This document shows, one piece after another, positions 27,337-39,607 of a stretch of DNA of 64,000 bases. The notes under the pieces are model-generated. The model did not search any database and was not told where the DNA came from. It worked only from the letters and a program-made list of their open reading frames with translations. The stretch spans positions 3,643 through 67,642 of the forward strand of contig CALDYC010000023.1 of the NCBI GenBank assembly GCA_937941245.1, written 5' to 3'. The position numbers and the translations under genes are program-made. The number at the start of each line of letters is the position of its first letter. Within the stretch, counting starts at the first letter, position 1. The DNA is from an uncultured Acidimicrobiales bacterium (lineage in GTDB: Bacteria > Actinomycetota > Acidimicrobiia > Acidimicrobiales > UBA10347).

Positions 27337-27400
27337 TTAGTGGTCCGCAGAGTTAGTGGTCAGCTGAGTCAGTGGTCAGCTGAGGGACGGGTCAGGGGAG
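27337..27400. repeat. Four direct copies of a 16-bp unit, GT(T/C)AGTGGTC(C/A)GC(A/T)GA, in the overlap between convergent gene ends
   Basis: Direct reading: gttagtggtccgcaga, gttagtggtcagctga, gtcagtggtcagctga, gggacgggtcagggga. Confidence 0.8.
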
Positions 27401-28423
27401 TTCGATTCGATATACCCGGGCGGCGGTGTCATGAAACATCGCCTGCTGTTCGGCTGGCGAGTATCGATCCGCAAGAATCTGAAACGTGTTCCACAACACC
27501 GGGTACGGCAGCGTCTGACGGTCGACCGGATAGTTCGATTCGAACATGCAGCGATCAGGCCCAAACGCGTCGATCGCGCGGTGCACGATGTCGTGCCAGT
27601 GATCGGCTACCTGTTCTGAAGAGGGTGGGGCATCGAGGTCAGCCCAGCCCATACCGAAGTAGTGATCCATGCCGATGCCACCCACTTTGAGCATGACGTT
27701 CGGACACCTCGCCACCTCGGACATGCCGGTGCGCCATACATCGAGCATGTGTTCTCGTTCCGATGCGTGGGGACCAATGCCGAGCGGGCCACCGAGGTGG
27801 TTCAACACGATGACCGTCTGCGGGACCGCTAGCGCCATCTCGGCCAACTCGGCGAGCTGGTCGAAGTACAACCAAGCATCGAAGGTGAACCCCATCTGGC
27901 CGACCGTGGCCACACCCGACCTGAACATCGGATCTGCCATGAGCGACTCGGTGGGATCGACATGTCCGTTCGGCACATCGCCGTGGGGGCTCCAGTTCGT
28001 GCCGTGACGAACGCCGCGGAACAAGCCCTCGCCTGCTTGGTCGTGGGCGACGAGCGCCATGTCGACCGCGGCGCCTGACGTCAGATCAACGTGCCCCACG
28101 ATCGCGCCGATCGCGGTGCCGTCAGATTCGCCAGCATTGACGGATTGCGCAACGCGGGCCTCTCGCACGACAAAATTGGTCTCTCCGACCGAACGCATAG
28201 CCGGCGGGCCCTCATCAAACCAGGCGGCGCCGCATTCGACGAACACGCTGTGCGTCACGTTGTGGGACCCACGAGTGTCGGCCAACAGCTCTTTGGCCGC
28301 ATACACGTCGCCGTGTCTACGCCACAGATGATGATGTGCATCGATGATCGCCCGGTCAGGATCGATCGGGTCCTCGATCCGCTGAGCGAACCACTTGGGC
28401 CGTGCATTCGATGCCATGGCCAA
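27392..28423 (-). CDS. Amidohydrolase-2 family (TIM-barrel metal-dependent hydrolase, ACMSD/LigJ-like)
   Basis: IIDAHHHLW is the N-terminal metal-binding motif; the protein is 343 aa. Confidence 0.7.
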   Translation of the reverse strand: MAMASNARPKWFAQRIEDPIDPDRAIIDAHHHLWRRHGDVYAAKELLADTRGSHNVTHSVFVECGAAWFDEGPPAMRSVGETNFVVREARVAQSVNAGESDGTAIGAIVGHVDLTSGAAVDMALVAHDQAGEGLFRGVRHGTNWSPHGDVPNGHVDPTESLMADPMFRSGVATVGQMGFTFDAWLYFDQLAELAEMALAVPQTVIVLNHLGGPLGIGPHASEREHMLDVWRTGMSEVARCPNVMLKVGGIGMDHYFGMGWADLDAPPSSEQVADHWHDIVHRAIDAFGPDRCMFESNYPVDRQTLPYPVLWNTFQILADRYSPAEQQAMFHDTAARVYRIELP

Positions 28424-28482
28424 ACGGTATAGGTCCAGGTCGAAGTGCCCCGATAGTGTCCGGCCATGACGACAGGACCCCG

Positions 28483-29376
28483 ATGAAGTCCCGCGTCATC
28501 CTGGCAACCATTGTCTTGGTCGCCGTGCTGATCGGCGCCAATTTCACCGCGATCAAGTTCGCACTCGACCACACCACTCCCCTGCTGCTTGCCGGGTTGC
28601 GCACCGTCATTGGCGGGAGCTTCCTGCTACTGCTCGCCCGTCTGCGGGGCGAGTCATTTCCTCGCAAGCGCACGGACCTCGTCAACATTGCGATCGTGTC
28701 GCTGTCGATCACAACCATCTCAAGCGGTCTGCTCGTCATGGGAATCAGCCGGGTTCCCGCTGGAGTCGCATCGCTGATTGCCAGCACCATGCCGTTGTTC
28801 ACCGCGTTGCTCTCGCTGCTCATGTTGCGGGCAAAAGTCAACCGGCTCGGAGCGATTGGACTTGCAGTCGGGTTCGTCGGAACGATTGTGCTGGCATCGC
28901 CCTCACTCGCCGGAAGCACCGCCGTCGTCGGCATCGCCATGCTGCTGGTCTCAGCCCTTGCGTGGGCGTTCGGCAATGTGTGGATGAAGTTCCGCGACCT
29001 GTCCGCAGTCAGCCCGATCATGTTGGTCGGCACCCAGCTCTACTTGTCTGCGGCGGTTCTCATTCCGGTCGCGCTTGTTGTTGAAGGAACGGCCGACACC
29101 GACTGGTCCGTTGGGCTATTCGGCCCGCTTCTGTATGCCGCGATTCCGGCCAACGCTGTGACTTTTGCGCTCCTCGCAACCGTCGCTCAACGCGCAACAC
29201 CGACCCAGGCAGCCGCCAGCGCCTACCTGATTCCGGTATTCGGTGTGTTCTTTAGCTGGCTTATCCGAGACGAACGCCTCGGCGTGGTCGAAGTCGTCGG
29301 GGGCGCGCTCGTCGTCGGCGGCGTCTATCTGCTCGTCACATCGACAGCGCGACAGGCGGCGGCGCTGGCAAGCTGA
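28483..29376 (+). CDS. DMT-superfamily (EamA-like) transporter
   Basis: It encodes a 10-TM hydrophobic protein with duplicated EamA-type halves. I placed the start at MKSRVILATIVL. Confidence 0.75.
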   Translation: MKSRVILATIVLVAVLIGANFTAIKFALDHTTPLLLAGLRTVIGGSFLLLLARLRGESFPRKRTDLVNIAIVSLSITTISSGLLVMGISRVPAGVASLIASTMPLFTALLSLLMLRAKVNRLGAIGLAVGFVGTIVLASPSLAGSTAVVGIAMLLVSALAWAFGNVWMKFRDLSAVSPIMLVGTQLYLSAAVLIPVALVVEGTADTDWSVGLFGPLLYAAIPANAVTFALLATVAQRATPTQAAASAYLIPVFGVFFSWLIRDERLGVVEVVGGALVVGGVYLLVTSTARQAAALAS

Positions 29377-29380
29377 CCGG

Positions 29381-31567
29381 ATGTCGCTGCTTACCGACCT
29401 GACGGTGGTCGAGATTGCCGGGTCCGCCGCGGGCGCGTACTGCGCCAAATTGTTCGCAGACCAAGGCGCAACCGTGCTGCTGATCGGCGACGGGGATCTC
29501 ACACCCGCCCAACGCACCTATCTCCATCGTCACAAGACGCCCGTAGGCGTCGGTGCAATCGACTGGGAGTTTGTCGACGTCATCATTGAGAGCGCCGCTC
29601 CCCATCCGCTCAAACCGCTCCCACTCGACGCCCCACAGGCAGTCCGGGTACAACTCAGTCCGTTTGGGCGCGGTGGCCCTCACGACAGCTGGGTCAGCAC
29701 CGACCTCGTCGATCAGGCTCTGAGCGGTCATCTCCTGCTCACAGGAGACGCAGACGGTCACCCGATCGGCGGACCAGCACATCACGCAGCGGTTGCGGCT
29801 GGGTTGCATGGATTCATCGGCGCGATGGCGGGCCTGTTCGCTGGGTTGCGGCTCGGACGTGGCCAAACCGTCGAGGTCAGTCATGTGCAGGTCATGGCAT
29901 CGCTTCACCAAGATGCGCTCGTACGAGCTGCGCTCGGCGCTGAATCACTCACCAGACTCGCATCGGACTCGCCACAACGACGAGTGTCCGGCCGAATCTG
30001 GCGATGTCGAGACGGGTGGGTCACGATCGCCGCTTCGTCGGCGCCGCAGATCGAAGCACTGCTAGCGGTCACTGGCCTGACTCAGTTGCTCGACGTGGAA
30101 CACATCAAATCGCCGACCGATCTCGACACCAGCGCCGAGACGCTTGCTGGACCACTCTCGACGTGGGTCGCCGTCCGTACCGCAGCTGATGTCACCAGCG
30201 AGCTGCAGGCCGCGAGGATTCCCGCGGCGCCCGTGCTGACGATGACCGGTCTGCTCGTAGATCCGCAGCTCGCGGCTCGGCGCTTCTTTGAGCTCGCCGA
30301 TCACACGGCCACGGCTCCGCTTGTGCCCGGGCGCTGGTTTTCGGTCCACGACCGGCAGCGGGTCGGCTATCAGGGCTGGGTGCCTGACGATGCTTCAGGC
30401 GGACCCCTCGCTGGGCTGCGGGTGCTTGACCTAACCCGATCGTGGGCTGGTCCGCTCTGCACCCGCATCTTGAGCGATCTCGGTGCCGAAGTCGTGCAGA
30501 TCGAAGCGCCCTCGGCTGGCCCTGAGAGCAACCGCAACGACGAGCGCTCCGCCTCGATCGATCAAGCCCATGACATCAAGTTTGGGTTAGGCAAGAAATC
30601 AATCGTGGTTGATTTGGCAACCAGCGTCGGGCGTGAAACGTTTGAGCAGCTCCTTCCACACTTCGATGTGCTTGTCGAGAACTTCAACGCCGCTGCCATG
30701 GCACAAATGGGCTTTGATGAGCAGACCTTGCACGAGCTTCACCCCGACCTTGTGTATGTGACCATGCCCGGTTTTGGCCGGACGGGCCCGGCGGCCGATT
30801 GGATCGGCGTTGGGTCTTGTCTTGATAGCCATGCCGGGCTGACTCGGTTGATTGGCTATGGCGATGGATTACCACTCAAAGCTGGTGTTACGTGGCCGGA
30901 CCCGCTCGCGGGGCTACACGGCTGCGCAGCAACGATGAGTGCGCTCTGGAACTGCGTGATGGCAGGGGCAGGTGGCATGACAGTCGAAGTCGCGCAGCTC
31001 GAAGCAACGGTCGCAGCAATCGGCGAACATGTGGTGCAAGCCCAAGCTGAAGGCAACCCCTCGCCCGACGGCAACCGGTCACCGGCACACCTTGCACAGG
31101 GCGTCTACCCGTGCGCTGGGTCCGACCAATGGTTGGCGCTCTCGATCGTTGACCAGGCCATGCGGGCCTCGGTCATTGCATTGGCCCAAGCCGATGGAAT
31201 CGATCTCACGAGTATTGACTGGACAAACCCTGACGCCGTCGATCTGGCCCTGTCCGAATGGACCCTGACGCTCGACGTCAACCAGCTAGCCGATCGAATG
31301 CAAGCCGCTGGGGTCGCCGCTGGACCAGCGCGCACCGCCGGTCAGGTCGTCGCGGACGAGCACCTCATCGACCGAGGAGCTTTTGTCACGTTGCAACAAC
31401 CTGGCATCGGCGAATTTAAGGCGCCGAATACGGCAATCGACCTCAGCGAGTCTCCGGCCTTGGTGCGCTCGCCAGCCCCCAGGCTCGATGAGCATGGCGA
31501 TGAGCTCCGGACTGCCATTCGACGCATCGACCTGCCGAAGCTCGACGCAAGCCAGGATCAGGCGTAG
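29381..31567 (+). CDS. Tandem (double) family-III CoA-transferase fusion protein
   Basis: Module 1 begins MSLLTDLTVVEIAGSAAGAYCAKLFADQGATV. Module 2 begins near LAGLRVLDLTRSWAGPLCTRILSDLGAEVVQIE, around residue 400. The total length is 729 aa. Confidence 0.75.
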   Translation: MSLLTDLTVVEIAGSAAGAYCAKLFADQGATVLLIGDGDLTPAQRTYLHRHKTPVGVGAIDWEFVDVIIESAAPHPLKPLPLDAPQAVRVQLSPFGRGGPHDSWVSTDLVDQALSGHLLLTGDADGHPIGGPAHHAAVAAGLHGFIGAMAGLFAGLRLGRGQTVEVSHVQVMASLHQDALVRAALGAESLTRLASDSPQRRVSGRIWRCRDGWVTIAASSAPQIEALLAVTGLTQLLDVEHIKSPTDLDTSAETLAGPLSTWVAVRTAADVTSELQAARIPAAPVLTMTGLLVDPQLAARRFFELADHTATAPLVPGRWFSVHDRQRVGYQGWVPDDASGGPLAGLRVLDLTRSWAGPLCTRILSDLGAEVVQIEAPSAGPESNRNDERSASIDQAHDIKFGLGKKSIVVDLATSVGRETFEQLLPHFDVLVENFNAAAMAQMGFDEQTLHELHPDLVYVTMPGFGRTGPAADWIGVGSCLDSHAGLTRLIGYGDGLPLKAGVTWPDPLAGLHGCAATMSALWNCVMAGAGGMTVEVAQLEATVAAIGEHVVQAQAEGNPSPDGNRSPAHLAQGVYPCAGSDQWLALSIVDQAMRASVIALAQADGIDLTSIDWTNPDAVDLALSEWTLTLDVNQLADRMQAAGVAAGPARTAGQVVADEHLIDRGAFVTLQQPGIGEFKAPNTAIDLSESPALVRSPAPRLDEHGDELRTAIRRIDLPKLDASQDQA

Positions 31568-31758
31568 CTAACAATTTCGAATTCGATGCCGTCTGGATCA
31601 TCGAAGTAGAAACGTCGTCCGGGTTCGTAGTCGTCATGGTTGGTCGGGGTCAGCCCGGCAGCGATCACCCGCTGTTCCACCGCGTCGAGGTCGTCGACAA
31701 CGATGCCCACATGATTCAGAGACCCGAGCTGCGATTTGGCACCGGCCCATCGGCGCAA
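31558..31758 (-). CDS. Mini VOC-fold protein (a single beta-alpha-beta-beta-beta module of about 50-66 aa)
   Basis: LNHVGIVVDDLDAVEQRVIAAGL ... GRRFYFDDPDGIEFEIVSYA matches the VOC strand-1 and strand-4 motifs. The only in-frame starts are TTG at 31756-31758 or GTG at 31708-31710. Confidence 0.5.
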   Translation of the reverse strand: MRRWAGAKSQLGSLNHVGIVVDDLDAVEQRVIAAGLTPTNHDDYEPGRRFYFDDPDGIEFEIVSYA

Positions 31759-31781
31759 TCGCCAAACGGACCGGACTGGCC

Positions 31782-32186
31782 GTGTCCGCAGTTCGCTTCT
31801 ACGAAGAGACTGGTCTTGTGCAATCGCACCGCGCCTCCTCGGGACACCGGCGATTCCTGAGATCGGCGATCAGGCGCCTGTCTTTCATCAAGATCTGCCA
31901 ACGCCTCGGCTACTCCCTCGATGAGATTCGCCAACAGCTCGACCGGCTTCCCGATGGTCGAACTCCGACCGAGCAGGACTGGGCCGACATGGCTGCGACA
32001 GTCAGTGTCGACATCGATCAGCGCATTGGTGAACTCGAACGGCTGCGAGACCGACTTGCCTCGTGCATCGGCTGTGGGTGCTTGTCGCTCGAACGGTGCG
32101 CCATTTGGAACACCGACGACGCGGCAGCAGATCTTGGCGACGGACCACGATGGCTGCTCGGCGACCAACCACCGGCTGCCGGCTGA
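31782..32186 (+). CDS. soxR: SoxR-type MerR-family [2Fe-2S] redox-sensing regulator. The N-terminus is anomalous: HTH helix-1 residues are encoded upstream with no in-frame start.
   Basis: CIGCGCLSLERCAIWN is the SoxR FeS cluster motif. SAVRFYEETGLV is HTH helix 2. The upstream in-frame sequence IGAIAKRTGLAV completes the HTH but has no ATG, GTG or TTG. An ATG at 31711 is in a different frame. Confidence 0.75.
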   Translation: MSAVRFYEETGLVQSHRASSGHRRFLRSAIRRLSFIKICQRLGYSLDEIRQQLDRLPDGRTPTEQDWADMAATVSVDIDQRIGELERLRDRLASCIGCGCLSLERCAIWNTDDAAADLGDGPRWLLGDQPPAAG

Positions 32187-32197
32187 GCTTGGGCGAG

Positions 32198-33431
32198 CTA
32201 CTCGGCAACACCGCCGTAGATCGCTTGGCGCCCAGATGACTCGCCGTGGTCTGCGACCGCTCGGCCGAGATCCTCGACAAACGCATTGACCGAAACATCG
32301 TGGCCGGGCGAAACCATCAGATGCAGCCCTCCCTGTTGTCGATCAAGGCCCCACCCTCGCTCGTCCATGACGTCGCCAATCGCAAAAATGTCTGCATGGG
32401 TAGCGCTGAACTCGAACACCGACATGTCGGGATCCCCGGTGATCTCCAACCCGTCAAGACCTCGGATACCTGTTTGAAAGCCCTTGGTTGCGGTGCGCAC
32501 GCGCTGGGCCTTTGCTCGGTACCCGTCACGACCCAGGAAGCGCATCGTCGCCCATGCCGCAGCAATCGGCGGAGCCGGCCGAGTGCCAGCGGTAGTCGCC
32601 GATCCGTACATGCCGCCGGGCCAGTCGTCATAAAAAAAGTGCTGCCGCTTGAGCAATGCGCGGTCTGCGTACATCACCACGGACACCCCCTTGAACGCGT
32701 AGCCGTACTTGTGCAAGTCGGCGCTCAACGACGTCACCCCTGGGACCGACAAATCCCACGGCGGGACTGGCTCGCCGATCTGTTCCCAGAACGGCAGCAG
32801 CCATCCACCCAGGCAGGCGTCGACGTGACAAAGCACCCCTCGTTCGGCCGCTGCAGACGCCAGGTCGACGATCGGATCGATCACACCGAACGGGTAGCAC
32901 GGGGCGGAACCGACGACCATCACCGTGTCCGGGGTAATCCCATCGATCATGGCCCCGACATCGGCTCGCAAATCGGGACCGACAGCAACTCGAACCATCT
33001 CGACACCGAGGTACTTGCACGCCTTTGGAAACGCCGGATGCACCGTTGAGGGAACGACGACATTTGGCGACCCAATGCCGCGCAAATCGCGCCCGTGATC
33101 GCGAGCGGTCTGCACCGCAAGAAAGATGCTCTCGGTACCCCCCGATGACAAAGCACCAGCGCGAGCATCGCCACCAAGAACCTCACCGGCCATGGCAAGA
33201 ATCTCTGCTTCCATTGACCGCAAGCTCGGGTAGGCGAAAGGGTTTAGTGCGTTCTCGTGCATGAAGTCATCAGCGACCCGATGCTGAAGAGCCTCGAGCT
33301 CAGGGTCAGCGGCGTTGTAAACCAGGCTGAACGCTCGACCGCCCCGCCAGTCGAGGTCGCCGCTACGCCGCTCTGCGATCTCAGCAAGGATGTGATCGGA
33401 ACTCTGTCCGGACGTCGGTAGTGCACTGGCC

Positions 33432-33448
<17 letters not shown>
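32198..33448 (-). CDS. Group-II PLP-dependent decarboxylase (sphingosine-1-phosphate-lyase / glutamate-decarboxylase-like fold)
   Basis: SADLHKYGYAFKG is the PLP-Lys region characteristic of S1P-lyase-like decarboxylases; the protein is 416 aa. Confidence 0.7.
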
Positions 33449-36023
<2,575 letters not shown>

Positions 36024-36137
36024 TCATCCAACGGCCCGGGCTGATCCAGCAGCACGAACGCACCGCAGCACTAAAGCACCACGGCTGCCGCTGACTAGGT
36101 TCAGGTGCGACCCGTGACCGCATGAAGGAACTCTGAC

Positions 36138-36911
36138 ATGGCCCACCGAGCATTTGATCTGACCGGCAAGGCAGCGGTTATCACCGGCGGGAACAGCGGT
36201 ATTGGTCTGGGTTTCGCCCGAGGTATTGCCAAGGCCGGGGGCGACGTGTGCATCTGGGGCACCAATCCCAACAAGAACGCTGCGGCCCAAGCCGAGCTCC
36301 AAGACATCAACCCGAACGCGTTCGCGTTGCAATGCAATGTCGCCGACGAGGAACAGGTCGAGGAAGCAATGGCTGCGACCATCGACCGATTTGGCAGGCT
36401 CGACGCGTGCTTCCCCAATGCCGGAATCGGCAACCAGAACACCAAGCCGTTCTTTGAACACACCAACGAGGACTGGTTCAACGTCGTCGATGTGAACCTG
36501 CACGGCGTGTTCTTCACGCTTCGGGCGGCGACCCGTCACATGGTTGCTCAAGGCGAAGGCGGCTCGCTGGTGCTCACCGCAAGCGGAACGGCGATTCAGG
36601 GAGCGGCGAAAAGCCAGGCCTATGCCTCGACCAAGGGTGCGATGATTTCGATGATGCTCGGCCTGTCGGTCGAAATGGCTCGGTACAAGATCAACGCCAA
36701 TGCGATCATCCCAGGCTGGATTGAAACCGCGATGACGGCCGACGCGTTTGGCTGGGACAAGTTCGTCGACGCCGTCATGCCTCGCATGCCGATGCGACGA
36801 TGGGGTCAGCCCGCTGACTTCGAGGCGATCGCGGTGTACCTCATGAGCGACGCGGCACGATGGCATACCGGCGATGTGATCAAGATCGATGGCGGCTTCA
36901 GCATCTTCTAA
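36138..36911 (+). CDS. SDR-family oxidoreductase, paralogous to the SDR at 3189..3947
   Basis: MAHRAFDLTGKAAVITGGNSGIGLG ... YASTKGA. The N-terminal 60 aa closely parallel the SDR at 3189..3947. Confidence 0.85.
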   Translation: MAHRAFDLTGKAAVITGGNSGIGLGFARGIAKAGGDVCIWGTNPNKNAAAQAELQDINPNAFALQCNVADEEQVEEAMAATIDRFGRLDACFPNAGIGNQNTKPFFEHTNEDWFNVVDVNLHGVFFTLRAATRHMVAQGEGGSLVLTASGTAIQGAAKSQAYASTKGAMISMMLGLSVEMARYKINANAIIPGWIETAMTADAFGWDKFVDAVMPRMPMRRWGQPADFEAIAVYLMSDAARWHTGDVIKIDGGFSIF

Positions 36912-36920
36912 AGGACTCGC

Positions 36921-37691
36921 ATGATTGAGATCACGAACAGCGACCGCATTCGCACTATCAGACTCATGCGGCCCGAAGCCAAGAACGCCATGAACGAGGC
37001 GATGTGGGATGCCGTCACCGAGGCGCTTCTCGACGCCGCCGTTGATCGGTCAGTTGCCGTGGTCGTCTTCACCGGCAGCGGCGACTCGTTTTGCGCCGGG
37101 GCAGACGTCATCGAGATGGCCATGCGCAACATGGGCACACTCGACTCGGGCGCCCATGGTTTCCCGGGGTTTGCCGATGCGTTTCTCGACTTCCCAAAAC
37201 CGTTCATCGCTGCGGTGAATGGAATCGGCATCGGGTTTGGCGCCACGATCCTCGGATTGAGCGACTTGGTGTTCATGTCAACCACCGCGCGAATCAAGTG
37301 CCCGTTCACGAGTCTGGCGGTCGCACCTGAGTTCGCGAGCAGCTACTCGTTTCCTCGACTCATCGGCCGGCAGAACGCCACGTGGGCGCTGATGTCGAGC
37401 GAGTGGCTGACCGCCGAGCAGTGTGACGAGATGGGGTTGGTGTTCAAACTCTGCGCACCCGACGAGCTTGTCGACGTGACGATGGAGCACGCCCGGATCC
37501 TGTCGTCCAAGCCGATTAGCTCGCTGATCGAATCGAAGCGAGTGATGACGGCAGCCATGCGCCCGCAGATCGACGCCGCACGCGCCGCTGAAGACGCCGC
37601 ATTTGGTGTGCTGATGGGGGCCCCAGCCAACATCGAGGCCTTTGCCGCATTCGCCGAGAAACGCGAGCCGAATTTCGCCGACATCGACTGA
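36921..37691 (+). CDS. Enoyl-CoA hydratase/isomerase (crotonase) family protein
   Basis: IRLMRPEAKNAMN ... FTGSGDSFCAGADV. It lies 10 bp downstream of the SDR gene and is probably co-transcribed with it. Confidence 0.85.
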   Translation: MIEITNSDRIRTIRLMRPEAKNAMNEAMWDAVTEALLDAAVDRSVAVVVFTGSGDSFCAGADVIEMAMRNMGTLDSGAHGFPGFADAFLDFPKPFIAAVNGIGIGFGATILGLSDLVFMSTTARIKCPFTSLAVAPEFASSYSFPRLIGRQNATWALMSSEWLTAEQCDEMGLVFKLCAPDELVDVTMEHARILSSKPISSLIESKRVMTAAMRPQIDAARAAEDAAFGVLMGAPANIEAFAAFAEKREPNFADID

Positions 37692-37731
37692 GAAACGGCT
37701 TTATCGAAAGGGGCCGTCACAGCGGCGGTTG

Positions 37732-38493
37732 TCAAAGCAACAGGCCGACATCTACGCCCTGTCTGATGAGAATCGTCGCAACGACCAGCACCGTTACCTC
37801 TGCGACTTGCTCGGCGCCGCCGAGCGCATCGCCGACGATGCCGCCAACCTTGTTGACCGACAGCCACCCCACAATCGCCGCGGCCGCGAACGCGGCTGCG
37901 CTGACCATGAGCCCCGACCACCCCAGAACAACAATCGCAATCACAGGTCCGGCGAGCATGGCAACGATCGCTCGCACCCGGGTGAGTTCAGCTAGGTAGT
38001 CAACTCCGAGCCCAGACGACCGAGCCGGCTTGACCGAGGCCATGAGCATGACGGCCGCGGATCGGGCCACGGCATGGGACGCGATCAAAATGACGAACGC
38101 ATGGCGCGGCCCGAACGACGCAATCGCCGAGATTTGGGTGACGAGCGCGACCGTGAGCGCTGCTACGCCAAAGGTTCCGAGTCGCGAGTCTTTGAGGATC
38201 TCAAGGCGACGGTCGACGGTCATCGCACCCGGGAACGCATCGGCGATATCGGCAAGCCCGTCGTGGTGGAACGCTCCGGTCAACAGCAGGGTCGCCCCAA
38301 CGGCGAGCGCACCAGCGATCAGTGGGGTCGTGACGTGCAGCAAACCTGCTGCAATCGCTCCGGAGACAGCACCGATCCCGGCTCCCACGACGGGAAACCA
38401 CGGCACCGACGCTCCCATGTTTGGGCCTTGTGGTCCCACGCCCACACGAAGCCGGGTCAGGAACACAACCGCTGTTCGCAAGCCAACCATCAT
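37732..38493 (-). CDS. cobS: Adenosylcobinamide-GDP ribazoletransferase (cobalamin synthase)
   Basis: FLTRLRVGV ... WFPVVGAGIGAV ... FHHDGLADIAD are CobS signatures. I placed the start at MMVGLRTAVV, with the start codon at 38491-38493. Confidence 0.85.
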   Translation of the reverse strand: MMVGLRTAVVFLTRLRVGVGPQGPNMGASVPWFPVVGAGIGAVSGAIAAGLLHVTTPLIAGALAVGATLLLTGAFHHDGLADIADAFPGAMTVDRRLEILKDSRLGTFGVAALTVALVTQISAIASFGPRHAFVILIASHAVARSAAVMLMASVKPARSSGLGVDYLAELTRVRAIVAMLAGPVIAIVVLGWSGLMVSAAAFAAAAIVGWLSVNKVGGIVGDALGGAEQVAEVTVLVVATILIRQGVDVGLLL

Positions 38494-38614
38494 GCAGCTG
38501 ACCGGTCGGGCCGTGCACGGCTCAGCAGGGGCGAGCGGCCGTCTTGGGACGGTTGTTGAGCAGAGCGCGGATGACTTTTGGTAGCCGAACGTCGACCACG
38601 GCACGAGCCGTGGC

Positions 38615-39607
38615 TCACTGAGCGAACCATTCGCTAAAGGTTGCCACCTGAGTCGTCGCCCTCGCCGCCATCTTGACAATCGGTATTGCTGCGACAGCTC
38701 CCGATCCCTCACCAAGACGCATATCGAGGCACAGAATCGGCTGCAGTCCAAGATGTTCGAGCTGGCGAGTGTGGCCGGGTTCGCCTGAGACATGTCCGGC
38801 GCGGCAGTGACTCACCGCATCAGGGTTCGCCGCGTGCAGCACTACGGCGGCTGACGTTGCGATGTACCCATCGAGAAGAACCGGAATGCAACGCTGGCGG
38901 GCTTCCGCAATCGCTCCAGCCATCGCCGCAATCTCACAACCGCCAACCTGCCGGAGCACCTCAAAGGGAGCTGGCACTGCCCCGATCCGGGTGAGTGCAG
39001 CCTCTACAACCTGCTGTTTGCGGACAAACCCTTCGTCATCGATACCGGTTCCGCGGCCGACCCAACCAGCCGGGTCTCCCCCGATCAACGCCGCGCTGAT
39101 CGCGGCCGCGGCTGTGGTATTGCCGATGCCAAGTTCCCCGATCGCCACAAGGTCGGCCCCACCGTTTGCGACGGCACTCTGGCCGGCTTCGAACGATGCC
39201 TCGAAGCGGGCGATCGTCATAGCTGCCTCATTCGCAAGATTCGCCGTTGGGTTCCCGACGCCGACATCAAAGACCCGCACCATCGCTCCGACCGACTCGG
39301 CCAACGCTGACACCGTGGCTCTGCGCTGCTGGACTGCGGCCAGCATTGCCGACGTGACCTCGGCCGGGTAGGCACTCACCCCGACAGCCGCCACCCCATG
39401 GTCGGCAGCAAACACGAGCACCTCCGGCGAGACCACGTCGGGCTCGTCGGTTCGTTGCCAAGCGGCGAGCCACACCGCCAGCTCGTCGAGACGAGCGAGG
39501 GCGCCTGGTGGACGCAAGATGTCGTTAGCCCGAGCTCGGACCTTGTCAGCCGACGCCCGATCTGGTTCGGGTAGGTCAGCGAGCGAACGGACAAACAGAT
39601 CGGACAT
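38615..39607 (-). CDS. cobT: Nicotinate-nucleotide--dimethylbenzimidazole phosphoribosyltransferase
   Basis: It is 330 aa with GELGIGNTTAAAAI, the CobT architecture. It sits upstream of cobS on the same strand. Confidence 0.85.
   Translation of the reverse strand: MSDLFVRSLADLPEPDRASADKVRARANDILRPPGALARLDELAVWLAAWQRTDEPDVVSPEVLVFAADHGVAAVGVSAYPAEVTSAMLAAVQQRRATVSALAESVGAMVRVFDVGVGNPTANLANEAAMTIARFEASFEAGQSAVANGGADLVAIGELGIGNTTAAAAISAALIGGDPAGWVGRGTGIDDEGFVRKQQVVEAALTRIGAVPAPFEVLRQVGGCEIAAMAGAIAEARQRCIPVLLDGYIATSAAVVLHAANPDAVSHCRAGHVSGEPGHTRQLEHLGLQPILCLDMRLGEGSGAVAAIPIVKMAARATTQVATFSEWFAQ

Noticed and set aside
31636-31860. ORF MVGRGQPGSDHPLFHRVEVVDNDAHMIQRPELRFGTGP... as a separate gene
   Set aside because: It is the antisense reading of the mini-VOC gene in its first part. 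In its second part it is a frame-shifted reading of the soxR 5' region. I interpreted it as part of the soxR N-terminal anomaly rather than an independent gene.
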